Origin: an uncultured Acidobacteriota bacterium | GTDB lineage: Bacteria > Acidobacteriota > Thermoanaerobaculia > Gp7-AA8 | Assembly (NCBI GenBank): GCA_963822445.1 | Contig: CAWGHO010000003.1 | Location: 928,001-992,000, forward strand | Length of the DNA: 64,000 nt | Direction: 5' to 3' | In this document: piece after piece, positions 9,139 to 21,300 of the stretch | Layout of the letters: every line of letters begins with the position of its first letter | Numbering within the stretch: position 1 is the stretch's first letter | Notes under the pieces: generated by a model | Databases searched by the model: none | What the model saw: only the letters and a program-made list of their open reading frames with translations | Told to the model about the DNA's origin: nothing | Position numbers and translations under genes: made by a program

Positions 9139-9650
9139 AGGGACTTTTCTCCGTTCGAGGGCTCGACCCACGACTCCCAGGCCACGACGGACTGGAACTC
9201 GCTCAGCTCATCGGATTCCCACGGGTCAGAAGGCTCAGTGGCTTCAAGGCTCAAAGGCTCAGAGGAGAGCTGCGATGCGGTTTGGACGACTTGCGGCTTT
9301 GCGCCATTGAGCCTTTGCGCCTCTGAGCCTTCCCGCCAGGTCACCACCCCGCCGCCCAGCGCGAGCACGAACACCGCCGCGGCAGCGATTCGTGAAATGC
9401 GCGAAACGTACGACGTCCGCGCGCGCTGCGCGTCGATCTTCCGCATCACCAGCATCCGCTGGCGGGCCCAGAAGCTTTCCGGCTTTTCGTCGTGCGAGCA
9501 GGCGGTGAGGCTGCGCAGCTTGCGATCGAGACGCTCGTAGCGCGCCGCGCATTCGCTGCAGTCGGCGAGATGCATCATCACCGGCATCGATTCGCCGGGC
9601 TGCATGTAGAACGTCTCGAGCAGATCGGCTTCAGTGAAGTGCTGCTTCAT
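9135..9650 (-). CDS. Zinc-binding (ZAS, zf-HC2) membrane anti-sigma factor
   Basis: H…HLADCSEC and a single TM helix; overlaps the ECF sigma gene. Confidence 0.85.
   Translation of the reverse strand: MKQHFTEADLLETFYMQPGESMPVMMHLADCSECAARYERLDRKLRSLTACSHDEKPESFWARQRMLVMRKIDAQRARTSYVSRISRIAAAAVFVLALGGGVVTWREGSEAQRLNGAKPQVVQTASQLSSEPLSLEATEPSDPWESDELSEFQSVVAWESWVEPSNGEKSL
9229..9332. repeat. Octamer-repeat hairpin inside the anti-sigma CDS
   Basis: GAAGGCTCAG…(AAGGCTCA)n left arm and (TGAGCCTT/TGCGCCTC)n…CTGAGCCTTC right arm; 10-bp perfect terminal inverted repeat. Confidence 0.75.
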
Positions 9651-10284
9651 GTTCGGTCTCCTGGAGTCCTCGCGAAGTTCGCCAGCACGCGAGCTCCTTG
9701 CGAATCTTGTGAATGGCGCGGAAGAGGTGTGCGCGGACTGTGCCCGCGCGCAGGCTGAGATGGTCGGCGATCTCTTCCAGCGAGAGGTTTTCGTAATGAC
9801 GCAGGCGGAAGATGACCTTCTGCTGCGAGGAAAGCAGTTTCTCCGCGCGCTGGATGGCGATCCGGAGCTGTCCGGCCATGAACTGCCGCTCGGGATCCGG
9901 CCGCTCGTCGACCGGTTCGATCATGACCTCGGACTCTCCATCGTCGCCGCTGCGGAGCACGAAGAGGCTCGAGAATTTGCGGCGGCGCAGAAAGTCCCGC
10001 GAGCGATTGATGGCGATACGCGTCAACCAGGTCTCGAGACCGGCGCGTCCTTCGAAGCGGGCGAGGTTGGTGTAGGCCTGCACGAAGACATCCTGGGTGA
10101 TCGTGTCGGCCTCGGTCTCATCGCGGACGATGGCGAAGGCGACGCGGAAGATCTTCCGTTGAAAACGCTCGACCACGATTCCGTACGCGGCTCCGTCGCC
10201 GGCCAGGGTGCGGTCGATCAGCTCCTGGTCGGTCGGTGCGCTGGCTGTGTCGCTCAATCGGAACGCTGCCACGTTGCTTCTCAC
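9631..10284 (-). CDS. ECF RNA polymerase sigma factor
   Basis: Region 2 (ADTITQDVF, TWLTRIAIN) and region 4 (LSLEEIA…GTVRAHLFRA). Confidence 0.93.
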   Translation of the reverse strand: MRSNVAAFRLSDTASAPTDQELIDRTLAGDGAAYGIVVERFQRKIFRVAFAIVRDETEADTITQDVFVQAYTNLARFEGRAGLETWLTRIAINRSRDFLRRRKFSSLFVLRSGDDGESEVMIEPVDERPDPERQFMAGQLRIAIQRAEKLLSSQQKVIFRLRHYENLSLEEIADHLSLRAGTVRAHLFRAIHKIRKELACWRTSRGLQETEHEAALH

Positions 10285-10290
10285 GCGGGT

Positions 10291-10319
10291 TTGACGGTTC
10301 GGCCCGGATTTCGTTTACA
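10291..10319 (-). promoter_or_regulatory. ECF-type autoregulatory promoter
   Basis: TGTAAAC-N16-CGTCAA, 6 nt before the GTG start. Confidence 0.65.
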
Positions 10320-10323
10320 CATC

Positions 10324-11202
10324 TTAGGCGCGTCCGGCCCGCGGCGTTGCCGTGGCAAGGAAGACCCCGCCAAAGATCATCACCGCCGCGACGATCACGA
10401 TCCCCCGGAGATGCTCGCCGAGGAAGATCACGCCGAGGAGGGAGGCGAGAACGGGTTGGAGGTAGGTGTAGACGGCGACTGACGAGCTGTCCGCGTGTCG
10501 TAATGCCCATGCCTGCAACAGATACGCGCCGACGGTCGGGCCGGCGATGACCACACCAAGGGCCAGCCAGGCTTGCGGCGAGATGGCCGACCATCGCTCC
10601 TGCGACATCGGCCAGGCCGCGATCGGCAGCAGAACGATCGCCCCGACGGCGAACATCCTCGCGACCACCCGCCGCGCCGAAAGACGGGCCATGTGCGGCT
10701 TGGAGACGACGAGGTAAAGCGCGTAGGACAAGCAGTTGAGAATGAGCATCACCGCGCCGGCAAACGAGCGCCAGCTTCCGTGAAGGCCTTCGCCGCCGAC
10801 GACGAGCAACGCCCCCGCGCCCGCCAGCGCGATTCCAGCGATGTGCTGAATCGAAGCGGTCTCCTGCTTTGCCGCGATTGCGGCGGCGAGAGCGAAAACA
10901 GGGATGGTGGTGATGAGAATCGCCGCGACCTGCACCGTGCTCAGCGCGAGGCCCGCGAGGAAGAACGACTGGTTGATGACGACGCCGAGGATTGCCCAGC
11001 CGGCAACGCGGCGGCCGTCTTCGCGAGAAAGCTCCGGTTCATTCCGTGCGATCAGCCAGAGGATCACGCCAGCCCCGAGAATCCGCAGCCACGCGAAGCT
11101 GAGCGGAGAAAACTCCCGCATCCCCAGTTTCGAAATCAGGTAGTTGAGTGAGAAGAGAAGCGCGACGGTGAACAGCGCGGAATGGAGTCTGAGCTTCGAC
11201 AA
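10324..11202 (-). CDS. DMT/EamA family transporter
   Basis: About 10 TM segments in two repeats; YTYLQPV…LGE motif. Confidence 0.9.
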   Translation of the reverse strand: MSKLRLHSALFTVALLFSLNYLISKLGMREFSPLSFAWLRILGAGVILWLIARNEPELSREDGRRVAGWAILGVVINQSFFLAGLALSTVQVAAILITTIPVFALAAAIAAKQETASIQHIAGIALAGAGALLVVGGEGLHGSWRSFAGAVMLILNCLSYALYLVVSKPHMARLSARRVVARMFAVGAIVLLPIAAWPMSQERWSAISPQAWLALGVVIAGPTVGAYLLQAWALRHADSSSVAVYTYLQPVLASLLGVIFLGEHLRGIVIVAAVMIFGGVFLATATPRAGRA

Positions 11203-11205
11203 CGC

Positions 11206-14200
11206 TTAGGTTTCGTCCCTCTCCACCCACACATCGTGATACCGCACCGGCGGCGGCACCAGCGACGTCCGCACGCCGCGTACTTCGGGCTTGTGCAGGA
11301 CGAAGAGGCGCTCGTGGAACAGCGGCAGCATCGGCGCTTCCGTCACCACCATCTGATTCAGCGCGCGATAGATGTTCGCCCGCTCCTCGCTGTCGTTCGA
11401 GCGCCGGGCGGCCATGATCTGGGCGTCGATCTCGGGACGGTGGTAGTAGATCCCGGAGATCGACGTGGCCTGGCTGTGGAAGAAGATGAAGAAGAAGTTG
11501 TCCGAGTCGGGAAAGTCGGCGTACCAGTTCGCGCAGTAAATGAGGCCGTGGCCGCGGTGCGCGCGAGGCGCGCTGGCGTCGGTCGCGGAATGGCGGGTGA
11601 CGTTCACGCGGATGCCGATCGCGTCGAGGTCCTCGATGATCATCGGGATCATCCCCGAGTTGTTGAACTCGTCCGTGTCCCAGGTCCGGTACTCGACGTT
11701 GAAGCCTGAAGCGAGGCCGGCCTGCTGCATCAGCTTGCGGGCGCGCTCCGGGTCATGCTCGTAACCCTTCAGGTCGGGGTCGTATCCGAGAAGCCCGGGC
11801 GGAAGGAGCGATTGCGCGGGGACCGACAGCCCGGCGAATACGCGCTCGTTGATCCTTTTGCGATCGACGGCGTGTGCGATCGCCTGACGCACTTCCACGC
11901 GATCGAACGGCGGCGACGACGAATCCCAGGCGAGATACGACGTGTGCAGCTGCGTCGTGGTGAGCAGGTACGCCGCGTACTGCGCGTTCGCGCGAATCTC
12001 GTTCACGATCTTCGGCGGAATGCCGTGCGCGACGTCCAGCTCTCCGCGCAGAAACGCGTCCGACACTTCCTTGAAGCTGCGCAGGTCGAGGCGGAAATTC
12101 AGCTCGTCGAGCAGTGGCTGGCCGGGGATGAAGTAATCGCGATTTCTCACGAGCCGCACGTGATCGCCTTCCACCGCTTCCTCGACCTTGAACGGACCCG
12201 CGCCGATGCCGCGCAGACGATAGCGTTCCGGATCGCGCGCCTCTTCGGCCGGCACGATCCCGCATTCATGCATGGTCATCAGTGAGAGGAAAAAGGCCAT
12301 CGGCTCGGTGAGCTGAACGTCGAACGTGTGCGCGTCGCGCGTCACGAATCCGGCCAGGGTGCGCGTCTTCCCTTCGAGCACATCCGGCGCTCCGCGCACG
12401 CTTCGCAGAATCCAGGCGCCTGTCGATTTCATCTCCGGCAGCAGCAGACGGAGAAAGCTTTCGTTGACGTCGCGTGCCTCGACGGTGCGTCCGTTGTGAA
12501 AGCGCACGCCGCGGCGGAGATGGAAGCGGTACACGAGACCCTGCTCGAGCACTTCCCAGCGCTCGGCGAGATCGGGGATGAGCTCAGCACCCTCGCCGTA
12601 CCGCACCAGCGTCGCGTGAATGGCCTTGGACATGAACCCGAGCGCGGATGCCGAGGTGTGCGCGGGATCGAAGGTGAGCTTCTGCCAGAGCACGGTCGCC
12701 GTGGCCAGCTTGCCGCCCTGATTCGGCGCGGGAAGGGTGAAGCGGCCGAGCTCCTGTTTGAGGAGCGTCGATTCGTGGCTGAGCGTATTCGCCATCTGAT
12801 TGAGGTCGCTGACGCCGAAGCTCGACTCGCGCGAGCCGTGCTTGACGACGTCCATCGACTTCACGATGGCGGAGCTCTCCGCGGCGAGCACGGACGTCGA
12901 CTCGAGAACGGTCTGCACCAGGCCCATGATGTTTTCCATGGCCCGGCTGATGGCGCGGCTGCCCGTTTCCTGCTCGGTCATGGCGCGCTTGAGGTGCTTG
13001 GTGTAATCGCGGACGAGCGCGGCCTGCTCGCCGATCTTGCTCGAGGTCTGCGACTGCTGCTGCGTCGCGGCCGCGGTGGTCTGCACCATCTTCGTGACTT
13101 CCTCGATGGCCGACGTCGCCGCCGCGCTGCCGCGGGCCTGCTCTTCGGTTGCCCGGGCGATCTCGGAGATGGAATTCGTCGAGCGATCGGTGAGCTCGAG
13201 AATCTTGTCGAGGACCTGCGCCGCGCGAGCGGTGAGGCTGACGCCGTCCGTCACGCGGTCGGCGCTCATGGTCATCTGATCCGCGGCGCGTTCCACGCCC
13301 CGCTGGACGTTCTGAATCAGCGTGCGGATCTCTTCGGTCGATACCGAGGTCCTCTCGGAGAGATCGCGAATCTCGTCGGCGACGACCGCGAAGCCGCGGC
13401 CGCGCTCACCGGCCTGCGCGGCGATGATGGCCGCGTTCAGCGCGAGCAGGTTCGTCTGTCCGGCGATGTCGTCGATGACTCGGACGATGTCGCCGATCTC
13501 CTGCGAACGCTCGGCGAGGTCGTTCAGCGCGATCTTTGCGTCATCGACGGACACCTGGATCTTGCGCATGCCGTCGACCGTGCCTTCGACGGCGGAGCGG
13601 CCTTCGTTCGCGGCGTCTTTCACGTACCGCGCGAGCTCCGACGATTGCCGCGCCGAATTGCGGATCTCCTCGGTCGTCGCATTCATCTCGACCATCGACG
13701 AGGCGGTCTGCGTCGCGAACGACGAGAAGCTCTCGGTGTTGGTGGCCACTTCGTTGATCGACGCGATCATCTCTTCGATGGCCGAACCGGTCTGCTCGAC
13801 GAACTCCGAAAGCGTGTCGGCGATGCGGCCGACTTCCTCGATCGACGCGGACATCTGCAGGATCGAGGTCGAGGTCTCTTCCGCGTTCGCGGAAAGCTCT
13901 TCCATGCTCCGGCGCACGCTGTTGATCGATTGATCGATCTGCATGACCGAGGAGGAGGTGGATTCGGTCGATTCGAGCTGTTCGGTTGCGCTGCGGGCCA
14001 GGATGCGCGAGCGGCCGCTGATCTGATCGCTGACTTTCGCGACGTCGGCGGCGAGCTGGCCGAAGCGGCGGATGGTGCGCTCGAGATTGGCGACCAGGCC
14101 GCGCATGGCCGTGGCCATGCGGGTGGACTGCGTTTCCGCGACGATGTCGCGCGAGCTCAGGGACAGGTCGCCCGAGGTGATGCGATCGATGAGCTTGAGG

Positions 14201-14409
14201 ATGCCTTCGCGGCGGGCCAGGACCTTGGCGAGCCAGAGTTGAAAGATGAAGACGCAGATGAACGCCGCCGCAAAGGCGGCGATCATGACCTTCCACCACA
14301 TCGAGAAGGTCAGGCCGGGGACGAACGCCACGAAAATGGCGAACAAAACGATGCACGCAAACAACAGGACCCATGCCTGCTGAGTCCGTCCGAAGTTACG
14401 TATGTTCAT
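11206..14409 (-). CDS. Methyl-accepting chemotaxis protein fused to a C-terminal family-5 (Opp/Dpp) solute-binding domain
   Basis: Two N-terminal TMs, HAMP-like segment, MCP tip [34 protein letters not shown], then PDLAERWE…[12 protein letters not shown]…GAGPF…[10 protein letters not shown]. Confidence 0.9.
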   Translation of the reverse strand: MNIRNFGRTQQAWVLLFACIVLFAIFVAFVPGLTFSMWWKVMIAAFAAAFICVFIFQLWLAKVLARREGILKLIDRITSGDLSLSSRDIVAETQSTRMATAMRGLVANLERTIRRFGQLAADVAKVSDQISGRSRILARSATEQLESTESTSSSVMQIDQSINSVRRSMEELSANAEETSTSILQMSASIEEVGRIADTLSEFVEQTGSAIEEMIASINEVATNTESFSSFATQTASSMVEMNATTEEIRNSARQSSELARYVKDAANEGRSAVEGTVDGMRKIQVSVDDAKIALNDLAERSQEIGDIVRVIDDIAGQTNLLALNAAIIAAQAGERGRGFAVVADEIRDLSERTSVSTEEIRTLIQNVQRGVERAADQMTMSADRVTDGVSLTARAAQVLDKILELTDRSTNSISEIARATEEQARGSAAATSAIEEVTKMVQTTAAATQQQSQTSSKIGEQAALVRDYTKHLKRAMTEQETGSRAISRAMENIMGLVQTVLESTSVLAAESSAIVKSMDVVKHGSRESSFGVSDLNQMANTLSHESTLLKQELGRFTLPAPNQGGKLATATVLWQKLTFDPAHTSASALGFMSKAIHATLVRYGEGAELIPDLAERWEVLEQGLVYRFHLRRGVRFHNGRTVEARDVNESFLRLLLPEMKSTGAWILRSVRGAPDVLEGKTRTLAGFVTRDAHTFDVQLTEPMAFFLSLMTMHECGIVPAEEARDPERYRLRGIGAGPFKVEEAVEGDHVRLVRNRDYFIPGQPLLDELNFRLDLRSFKEVSDAFLRGELDVAHGIPPKIVNEIRANAQYAAYLLTTTQLHTSYLAWDSSSPPFDRVEVRQAIAHAVDRKRINERVFAGLSVPAQSLLPPGLLGYDPDLKGYEHDPERARKLMQQAGLASGFNVEYRTWDTDEFNNSGMIPMIIEDLDAIGIRVNVTRHSATDASAPRAHRGHGLIYCANWYADFPDSDNFFFIFFHSQATSISGIYYHRPEIDAQIMAARRSNDSEERANIYRALNQMVVTEAPMLPLFHERLFVLHKPEVRGVRTSLVPPPVRYHDVWVERDET

Positions 14410-14468
14410 AGAGTTCCGACTTTGGATGATACATGAGCGCCTGCGGCGATCGGTTAGCATCGGCGCCG

Positions 14469-15344
14469 GTGAACGAGTACTTCGATTCGAGGCGCGCGCT
14501 GGTGGACGACTACCTTCGTCAACTGGCCGGGCGCACGGACGCACCCGCTCCGCTCCGCGCCCCACTCGAACGCGCGCTGACCTCGGCCGGCAAACGCGTA
14601 CGGGGCATTCTGCTGATCGCGGTGGGGGAGGCGTCGGGCTGCCGCGCCGAGAAGCTGGTCGCCGCCGCCGCGGCCATGGAGATGATTCACGCGTCCTCGC
14701 TCGTGCTCGATGACCTTCCGGCGATGGACGACTCTGTCCTGCGGCGCGGCCAACCCACGCTGCATCGCGAATTCGGGGAGGATCTGGCGATTCTGTCCGC
14801 GGTGGCGCTGCTCAATCACGCGTACGGTCTCATCGCCCAGGCGCATGCCGAGCTGTCGCCGCGCCGCTGGCCGATGCAGCAGGTGATGCAGCGCGTGGTC
14901 GACGCGGTCGGCTGGAACGGAACGATCGCCGGCGAAGCGGTCGACCTTCACAGCGCCGACTCGCCGCTCGATTTCGACACGCTGGAGTTCATTCACTCGC
15001 GCAAGACCGGAGCGCTGTTCGTTGCCGCGGCCGCAGTCGGAGGCATGCTCGCGAACATCCACACCGCGCCACTGCAGCGCATCGAAGTCTTCGCGAAGAA
15101 TCTCGGCCTGGCGTTTCAGATCACCGACGACGTCCTGGACGTCACCTCGAATCCGGAGGTGCTTGGCAAGGATGTAGGCAAAGACGAGCAGCGGCTGACG
15201 TTCGTCAAACTGGCGGGCGTCGACGGAGCGCGCAAGCTCAGCGAGGAACTGGTCGAGACGTCGCTCGCAGCCATCGAGCCCCTCGGCACGACGGCCAGGC
15301 CGCTGCGCGACCTGGCCATCGTGGTGCGGGATCGGATTCGCTGA
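14469..15344 (+). CDS. Polyprenyl (FPP/GGPP) diphosphate synthase
   Basis: GKRVR, first Asp-rich motif LDDLPAMDD…RRG, KTG and second motif FQITDDVLD. Confidence 0.93.
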   Translation: MNEYFDSRRALVDDYLRQLAGRTDAPAPLRAPLERALTSAGKRVRGILLIAVGEASGCRAEKLVAAAAAMEMIHASSLVLDDLPAMDDSVLRRGQPTLHREFGEDLAILSAVALLNHAYGLIAQAHAELSPRRWPMQQVMQRVVDAVGWNGTIAGEAVDLHSADSPLDFDTLEFIHSRKTGALFVAAAAVGGMLANIHTAPLQRIEVFAKNLGLAFQITDDVLDVTSNPEVLGKDVGKDEQRLTFVKLAGVDGARKLSEELVETSLAAIEPLGTTARPLRDLAIVVRDRIR

Positions 15345-15345
15345 G

Positions 15346-18300
15346 CTACTTAACCCCGTTTCTCAATTCGCTCACATGAGCGGCTTTCACCATGGTGGTG
15401 CCGGCGGTGAGAGCCGGATCGGTGAATGCGATCGCGGGCAACCCCAGTGCCGTGCGTGCGGCATTGAGGCTCGAGCGCAATTCGGTGATGTGCAGGGCCT
15501 TGAACGGCCCCCCGATCGTCACTGAGTCCGTGAACGTCTGCGCTGCCAACCCAGCCGCGGCGCGCATGGCGTTGACAGCGCCTCGCAGCTCATTGACGTG
15601 CACCGCTTTCATCCCCGTGCCCGGACCGAGAGGATCGTCGGTGAAGATGACGGTCGTGGCGAGATCGGGACTGCTCAGTTCCGGAAGCGGGGCCACGCTG
15701 ACGCGTACCCGATAGGTGTACGTCGTATACGGCACGAGACCCGTGTCGGTCGTGGAATTGCCGCCCACGGTCTTGACCAGGACCAGCGGTCCACCGTTCG
15801 AGCTGCGCAGGATGTCGTAGCCCGGTGCATTTGGAATCGCCGTCCACGTGAGCGCGACGCTCGAGGAAGTGGCCGCGGTGGCAATCAGATTCGTCGGCGT
15901 GAACAAGACGTTCGCCACGTCGGTCGCGCTGTTGTTCGAAGGCACGACGTCGCCGCCGCCGGATACGTTGGCGGTGTTGGTCAACGTCGCCGGCGCGTTC
16001 ACGCTGACGTTCACGTTGAGGATGATCACCGGGTAGGTCTGATTGACGGCGAGACTGTCGGTGCGTGAGCACGTCACCGCCGCGAGATCGCAATTCCAGC
16101 CCGAGCCGGTCAATGCGATAGGCGTAATGCCGGTCGGCACGGCATCCGTCACCGTGACAGTTCCGCTCGACGGCGCGGCGCCACTGTTGCCGACATTGAT
16201 GTAGTACGTCGCTCCCTGCTGGCCGCGCGCCAATGGTCCAAGACGCGTTTTGGTAATGGTCAGATCGGCGCCCTGCACGATGGTCGTCGGATCGCTCGCG
16301 CTGTTGTTGCTGGTGACCGCGTCCGCGCCACCGGAGACAGTGGCGGTGTTCGTAACGCTTGCCGGGGCGGTCTCCGAGACCGTCACGAAGAGACTGATGT
16401 CGGGATAACTTCCTGACCCGAGCGTATCGCTGCGCGTGCAGGTGAGAGTGGCCAGCGTGCATGACCATCCGGAGCCGCTCATCGCCGTCGCGGTCAGTCC
16501 GGCAGGCAGAACATCGGTGACCGTCACCTGTCCGAGTGTGCCGCCCGCGGCGATGTTCGCGACGTTCAACGTGTACTTCGCGTTCGTCTGGCCACGCTTG
16601 AAGTTTCCGGCATGGCTCTTGGCGATGGTGAGATCGGGACAGCCGCCGCTCATCACGATGAGCTTGTCATTGTGCGCGGTCGTCACGGCCAGGTCGGGTC
16701 TCCCGTCCGCATTGAAATCTCCGATGACCAGGGCCGTCAGTCCATTGCCGACGGAATAGCTCATCTCCGGCTGGAACGTTCCGTCGCCATTACCGAGCAG
16801 GATCACGACTCTGTTCGAGCTTCCGTTCACGATGACCAGGTCGGCTTTGCCATCGCCGTTGAGATCCTCGACGGTCGCGGAGAACGAGCCGTAACTGACC
16901 TGGAAGATCACGGGTGCCTGGAACGTCCCGTTTCCATTGCCGAGCGAGACGAAAGCAGTCCCCGAGTAGTAGCTGCCCGCGACGAGATCGACGTTGCCAT
17001 CCCGATTGAAGTCGCCGGCGCTGACCCAGTAGGTCGAGTTGCCCGACGCATATTGGACGGCACTCTGGAAGGTACCGTTGCCGTTGCCGAGGAGTACCCA
17101 GAGGCCGCCGTACTCGCTCGACACGACCAGGTCCAGTCTGCCGTTGCCGTCGAAGTCGGCGACTGTCAGTGATTGAGGATACTGGCCGGCCGGGTATTCA
17201 GCCGCTGTCTGAAGCGTTCCGTTCCCATTTCCGAGAAGAATGTGAACCACACCTTGATAGGCCCCCTCGGTCGCAGCGACGTCCAGATCCCCGTCGCCAT
17301 CGAAATCTCCGAGTGCGACCGAATTGACGTAGTCACTGACCGGATACTGGACGCGCGCTGCAAACGTGCCGTTTCCGTTGCCCAGCAGCACTGAGACGCT
17401 GCCGCTGTATTGATTCAGGATGACCAAGTCGGAGATGCCGTCGTTAGTGAGGTCTCCCGTGGCCACCGCGATCGGAGCGTCGCCGACCGCGTATTTGCTT
17501 GCTGTCGCGAACGTACCATCTCCGTTCCCGAGGTAGATCGAGACGTTGTCGGCGTAGTAGTTGGCCACGACGAGATCGGCGTACGCGTCGCCGTTGAAAT
17601 TCCCCATGGCCAGGTCCTGGGGATTGTCGCCGGTGTCGTATTGCACGCTGATGCCGAAGCTCCCGCAGTTCTGGCTGTTCCAGATTACTGTCAGATCGGA
17701 TGCCGTGTTGTTCGTGGCGACGCCATCCCCGCCTCCTGTGACCGCAGCGACGTTCGTTACCGAGGTCGGAGCGTTGGCGGCGACGTTGACGGTGAGCGTG
17801 ATCGCCGGGTAAGCGGTATTGGCCGCGAGCGCGTCGCTGCGGGTGCATGTCAAATTGCCGAGGGTGCAGTTCCATCCCGTGCCGGCGATTGCGGTCGCCG
17901 TGAGGCCAGCAGGCAAGGTGTCGACGACGGTGACGAGACCCGCCGTTGCCAGACCGCCCGCGTTCCTGACGAGCAGTTTGTAAGTCCTGCCGGTGTCTCC
18001 CTGAGCGAAATTGCCGGAGTGGGTCGCCGTAATGGTGAGGTCCGTAACCGGCTCGACCGTCGTTTGATCGCTGGCGGTGTTGTTCAGTGCATCGAGCTCT
18101 CCGCCGCCGGCCACGGTGGCTGTATTGGTCACGCTGGCCGGGGCGCTGCTCGCTACCTTTACCGTCAGCGTGATCGCGGGATAACTCGCGCCGGGCGCGA
18201 GACTGTCGGTGCGCGTGCACAGAAGCGTCGCCGCACTGCACGACCATCCCGTGCCGCTCAACGCTGTTGCGGTCAGTCCGGCCGGGAGGGTGTCCTTCAC

Positions 18301-21300
18301 GCTGACCACGCCCTCGGTCGGCGCACCGCCGCTGTTGGTCGCGGTGATCGTGTACGTTCTGGCCGCATCACCCTGCACGAAGTTGCCGGTGTGAGTCTTG
18401 GTCACGGTCATGTCCGACAGAGGACAGGTGTTGAGCAATATCGAGACGCTGGCTGCAGTGCTGTTGGCAATGGCCAGATCGGGCTTGCCGTCGCGATTGA
18501 AGTGAGCCGCGACGAGCGCCGCCGGGCCGTTCCCTGCGCTCGAATGCACAGCGGACTCGAACACGCCCGTGCCCGTGTTGAAAAGAACGGAGACATTGTT
18601 CGAACCGTTGTTCGTCACGGCGAGATCGAGGCTGCCGTCAGCATCGACATCGCTGGCGACGAGCATCGACGGAGCCGTTCCGACCGCGTAATTCAACGCC
18701 GCCTGGAAGGTGCCGTTGGCGTTTCCGCGAAGAACGGAGACGTCGTTCGATCCGCCGTTGGAAACGGCCAGATCGAGCTTGCCGTCGCGATTGAAGTCGC
18801 CGGCGGCGATCGATGATGGACTCGTGCCCGCGGCAGTGATCGTCGCGGTCTGGAACGTGCCGTTTCCATTGCCCAGGAGAATCGAGACGTTGTTTGACCC
18901 AGTGTTGGCGGCAGCGATGTCGGCGCGGCCGTCGCGATTGAGGTCGGCGGTCGCCACGGCAGAGGGATTCGTTCCCACGGCGTAATTCACTGCCGCCTGG
19001 AAGGTGCCGTTGCCATTGCCTAGGAGAACGGAGACATTGTTCGATCCGCCGTTCGCCACGACGAGGTCGAGCCTGCCGTCGCCGTTGACGTCGCCCGCCG
19101 CCACGGAGCGGGGATTGGTGCCCGCGCCGTAGTTCGCGGCGGTCTGGAAGCTGCCGTCGCCGTTTCCGATGAGGATCGAGACGTTGCCCGAGCCGTTGTT
19201 CGCGACTGCGAGATCGACTGTGCCATCGCCGTTGAAATCGCCGGCGATCAGGGCGTCGGGGTCGTCGCCGGCGGCGTAATTGCCACCCGCGGTGAACGTG
19301 CCGTCGCCGTTCCCGAGCTTGACGGAAACGTCGTTCGCACTCTTGTCGGCGATGGCGAGGTCGATCCTGCCGTCGCCATTGAAATCGGCGGCGGCAAGAG
19401 CGTCGGGAGTGGTGCCGGCGGCGTAATCGACCGCGGCAGCCCAGGTACCGCAGTTCAACGCGCAGACGCTCGAATTGAACAATACGGAGACGTTGGCGGA
19501 GGTCGGATTTGCGACGGCGATGTCCGCTTTTCCGTCGCGATTCAGGTCGGCGATGATCGCCTGATTCGGATTGGTGCCGGCGACATATTGAGTCGCGGCC
19601 GCAAAGGTTCCGTTTGTATTTCCGCGAAGCAGCGAGACAGGTCCGCTACTGCTGGCAGTCACGAGGTCGAGCTTGCCGTCGCCATCGATATCCCCGGCCG
19701 AGACGGAATACGGCCCGGTGCCGGTCGCGTAATTGACAGCCGCGTCGAAGGTGCCATCGCCGTTTCCGGTCAGGACGCCGATGTTGTTCGAGGTGTAATT
19801 CGAAACGGCCAGATCGAGCGCACCGTCGGCATTGAAGTCACCGATGGCGACGGAGGAAGGCGCGCCGCCGACGGTCAGGTCCACGGCCGCGCCGAATGTA
19901 CCGTCGCCATTGCCGGGGAGAATCGACACCTTGCCGGCGTTGTAATTCGCGACGGCGAGATCGTTCCGGCCGTCTGAATCGAAATCTCCGATCGCCACCC
20001 AGAACGGGCCGGAGCCGGTGCCGTAATTGACCGCCGACTGGAACGTGCCGTCGCCTGCGCCTTTGAGGATCGAGACGTTGCTCGAGCCATTGTTCGCGAC
20101 GGCGAGATCGATCTTTCCATCGCCGTCGAAATCGCCCGCGGCAACTGAAAACGGACTGACGCCGGCTGAGTAATGGACCGCGGACTGGAAGGCGCCGTCG
20201 CCGGTGCCGAGGAGGATCGAGACGTCGTTCGAGCCGGAGTTCGCGACGGCGATGTCGGTCTTGCCGTCGCCGTTGAAATCGCTCGTGGTCACGGCGATGG
20301 GAGCGGTGCCGACTTCGTGATAGACCGCCGAGAGGAACGAAGTGCCGTTTCCGCGGAGCGTCGCAACGGTTTTGCCGGTGACGTTGGCGACTGCGAGATC
20401 GACGATGCCGTCGCGGTTGAAATCACCCGCGGCCAGAGCGGCGGCGCCGGCGGCCGAATAGTCGATCCGCGCATTGAAAGAGGGACAGCCAACGACGGGA
20501 GCGGTAGTGACGACACTCACGTTGGCGACGGTCGCGTGTGCGATGCCGTCGGCGATTCCCGAAATGACGAGCGGATAGTTTCCCGTCGGCGAGGAGGCGC
20601 CGATGTTGAGGGTCAGCGTCGAGGTGGTGGTGGCCGACGAGGGACTGAAGGAGCTCGACGATCCGCTGGGCAGACCGCTGACGGAAAGCGCGACCGAGCC
20701 GGTGAATCCGGCCGATGGCGTGATCGTGATCGTGTAGGTCGTCGAATTGCCGCGGACCACCGTTCGCGTCGACGGGCTCGTGGTGATCGAGAAATCGGGG
20801 CCGAGAGGAGCGCCGATCGCTTTCGCCGCATTGAGGCGGCCCCCGGTGATGGTCTTGCCTGAGAGGCTGGAAAGCGGATCGGTGTTGTCGAGGATCTCGC
20901 TCTTCACCTCGGCCGTCGTCAACGCGGGCGTGCTTGCCAGGATCAACGCGGCGACGCCAGCCACGTGCGGCGCGGCCATGGAGGTGCCGCTGAGATATCC
21001 GTACGACGCGCCGGGGAAGGTGGAGTAGACGTCGACACCCGGCGCGCCGAGGTGCACGGTGGTCGGGCCGTAGCTCGAGAAATACGCGATGCCGTCGGTG
21101 TTGGTCGTCGCCGCGACCGAGATCATGTTGGGGGTGGCGTAATTCGCCGGGTACTTGGGATAGAAGTCGTTGTTGCTCGAGTCGTTGCCGGCTGAAGCGA
21201 CGAACAGGATGTCGTGCTCGTTCGCTTTGTTGATCGCGTCGAGCAGCGATTTGGAAAAGTAGCCGCCGCCCCAGCTGTTCGACAGCACGCGCACGTTCAC

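Noticed and set aside
12328-14436. Long opposite-strand or alternate-frame ORFs (also 26934-29027, 43703-45856, 51459-53021, 56447-59167)
   Set aside because: Shadows of well-supported genes in GC-rich DNA; Arg/Gly/Ala-rich with no recognisable motifs
5130-15344. ispH plus polyprenyl synthase as a terpenoid biosynthetic cluster
   Set aside because: They are 8.5 kb apart with unrelated genes between and no cyclase or crt genes; ordinary housekeeping
15341-15349. CTGAGCTAC matches tRNA-Phe (22341-22349), suggesting an att site bounding the subtilase gene
   Set aside because: Only 9 bp, it corresponds to the tRNA 5' part rather than the usually duplicated 3' end, and there is no integrase
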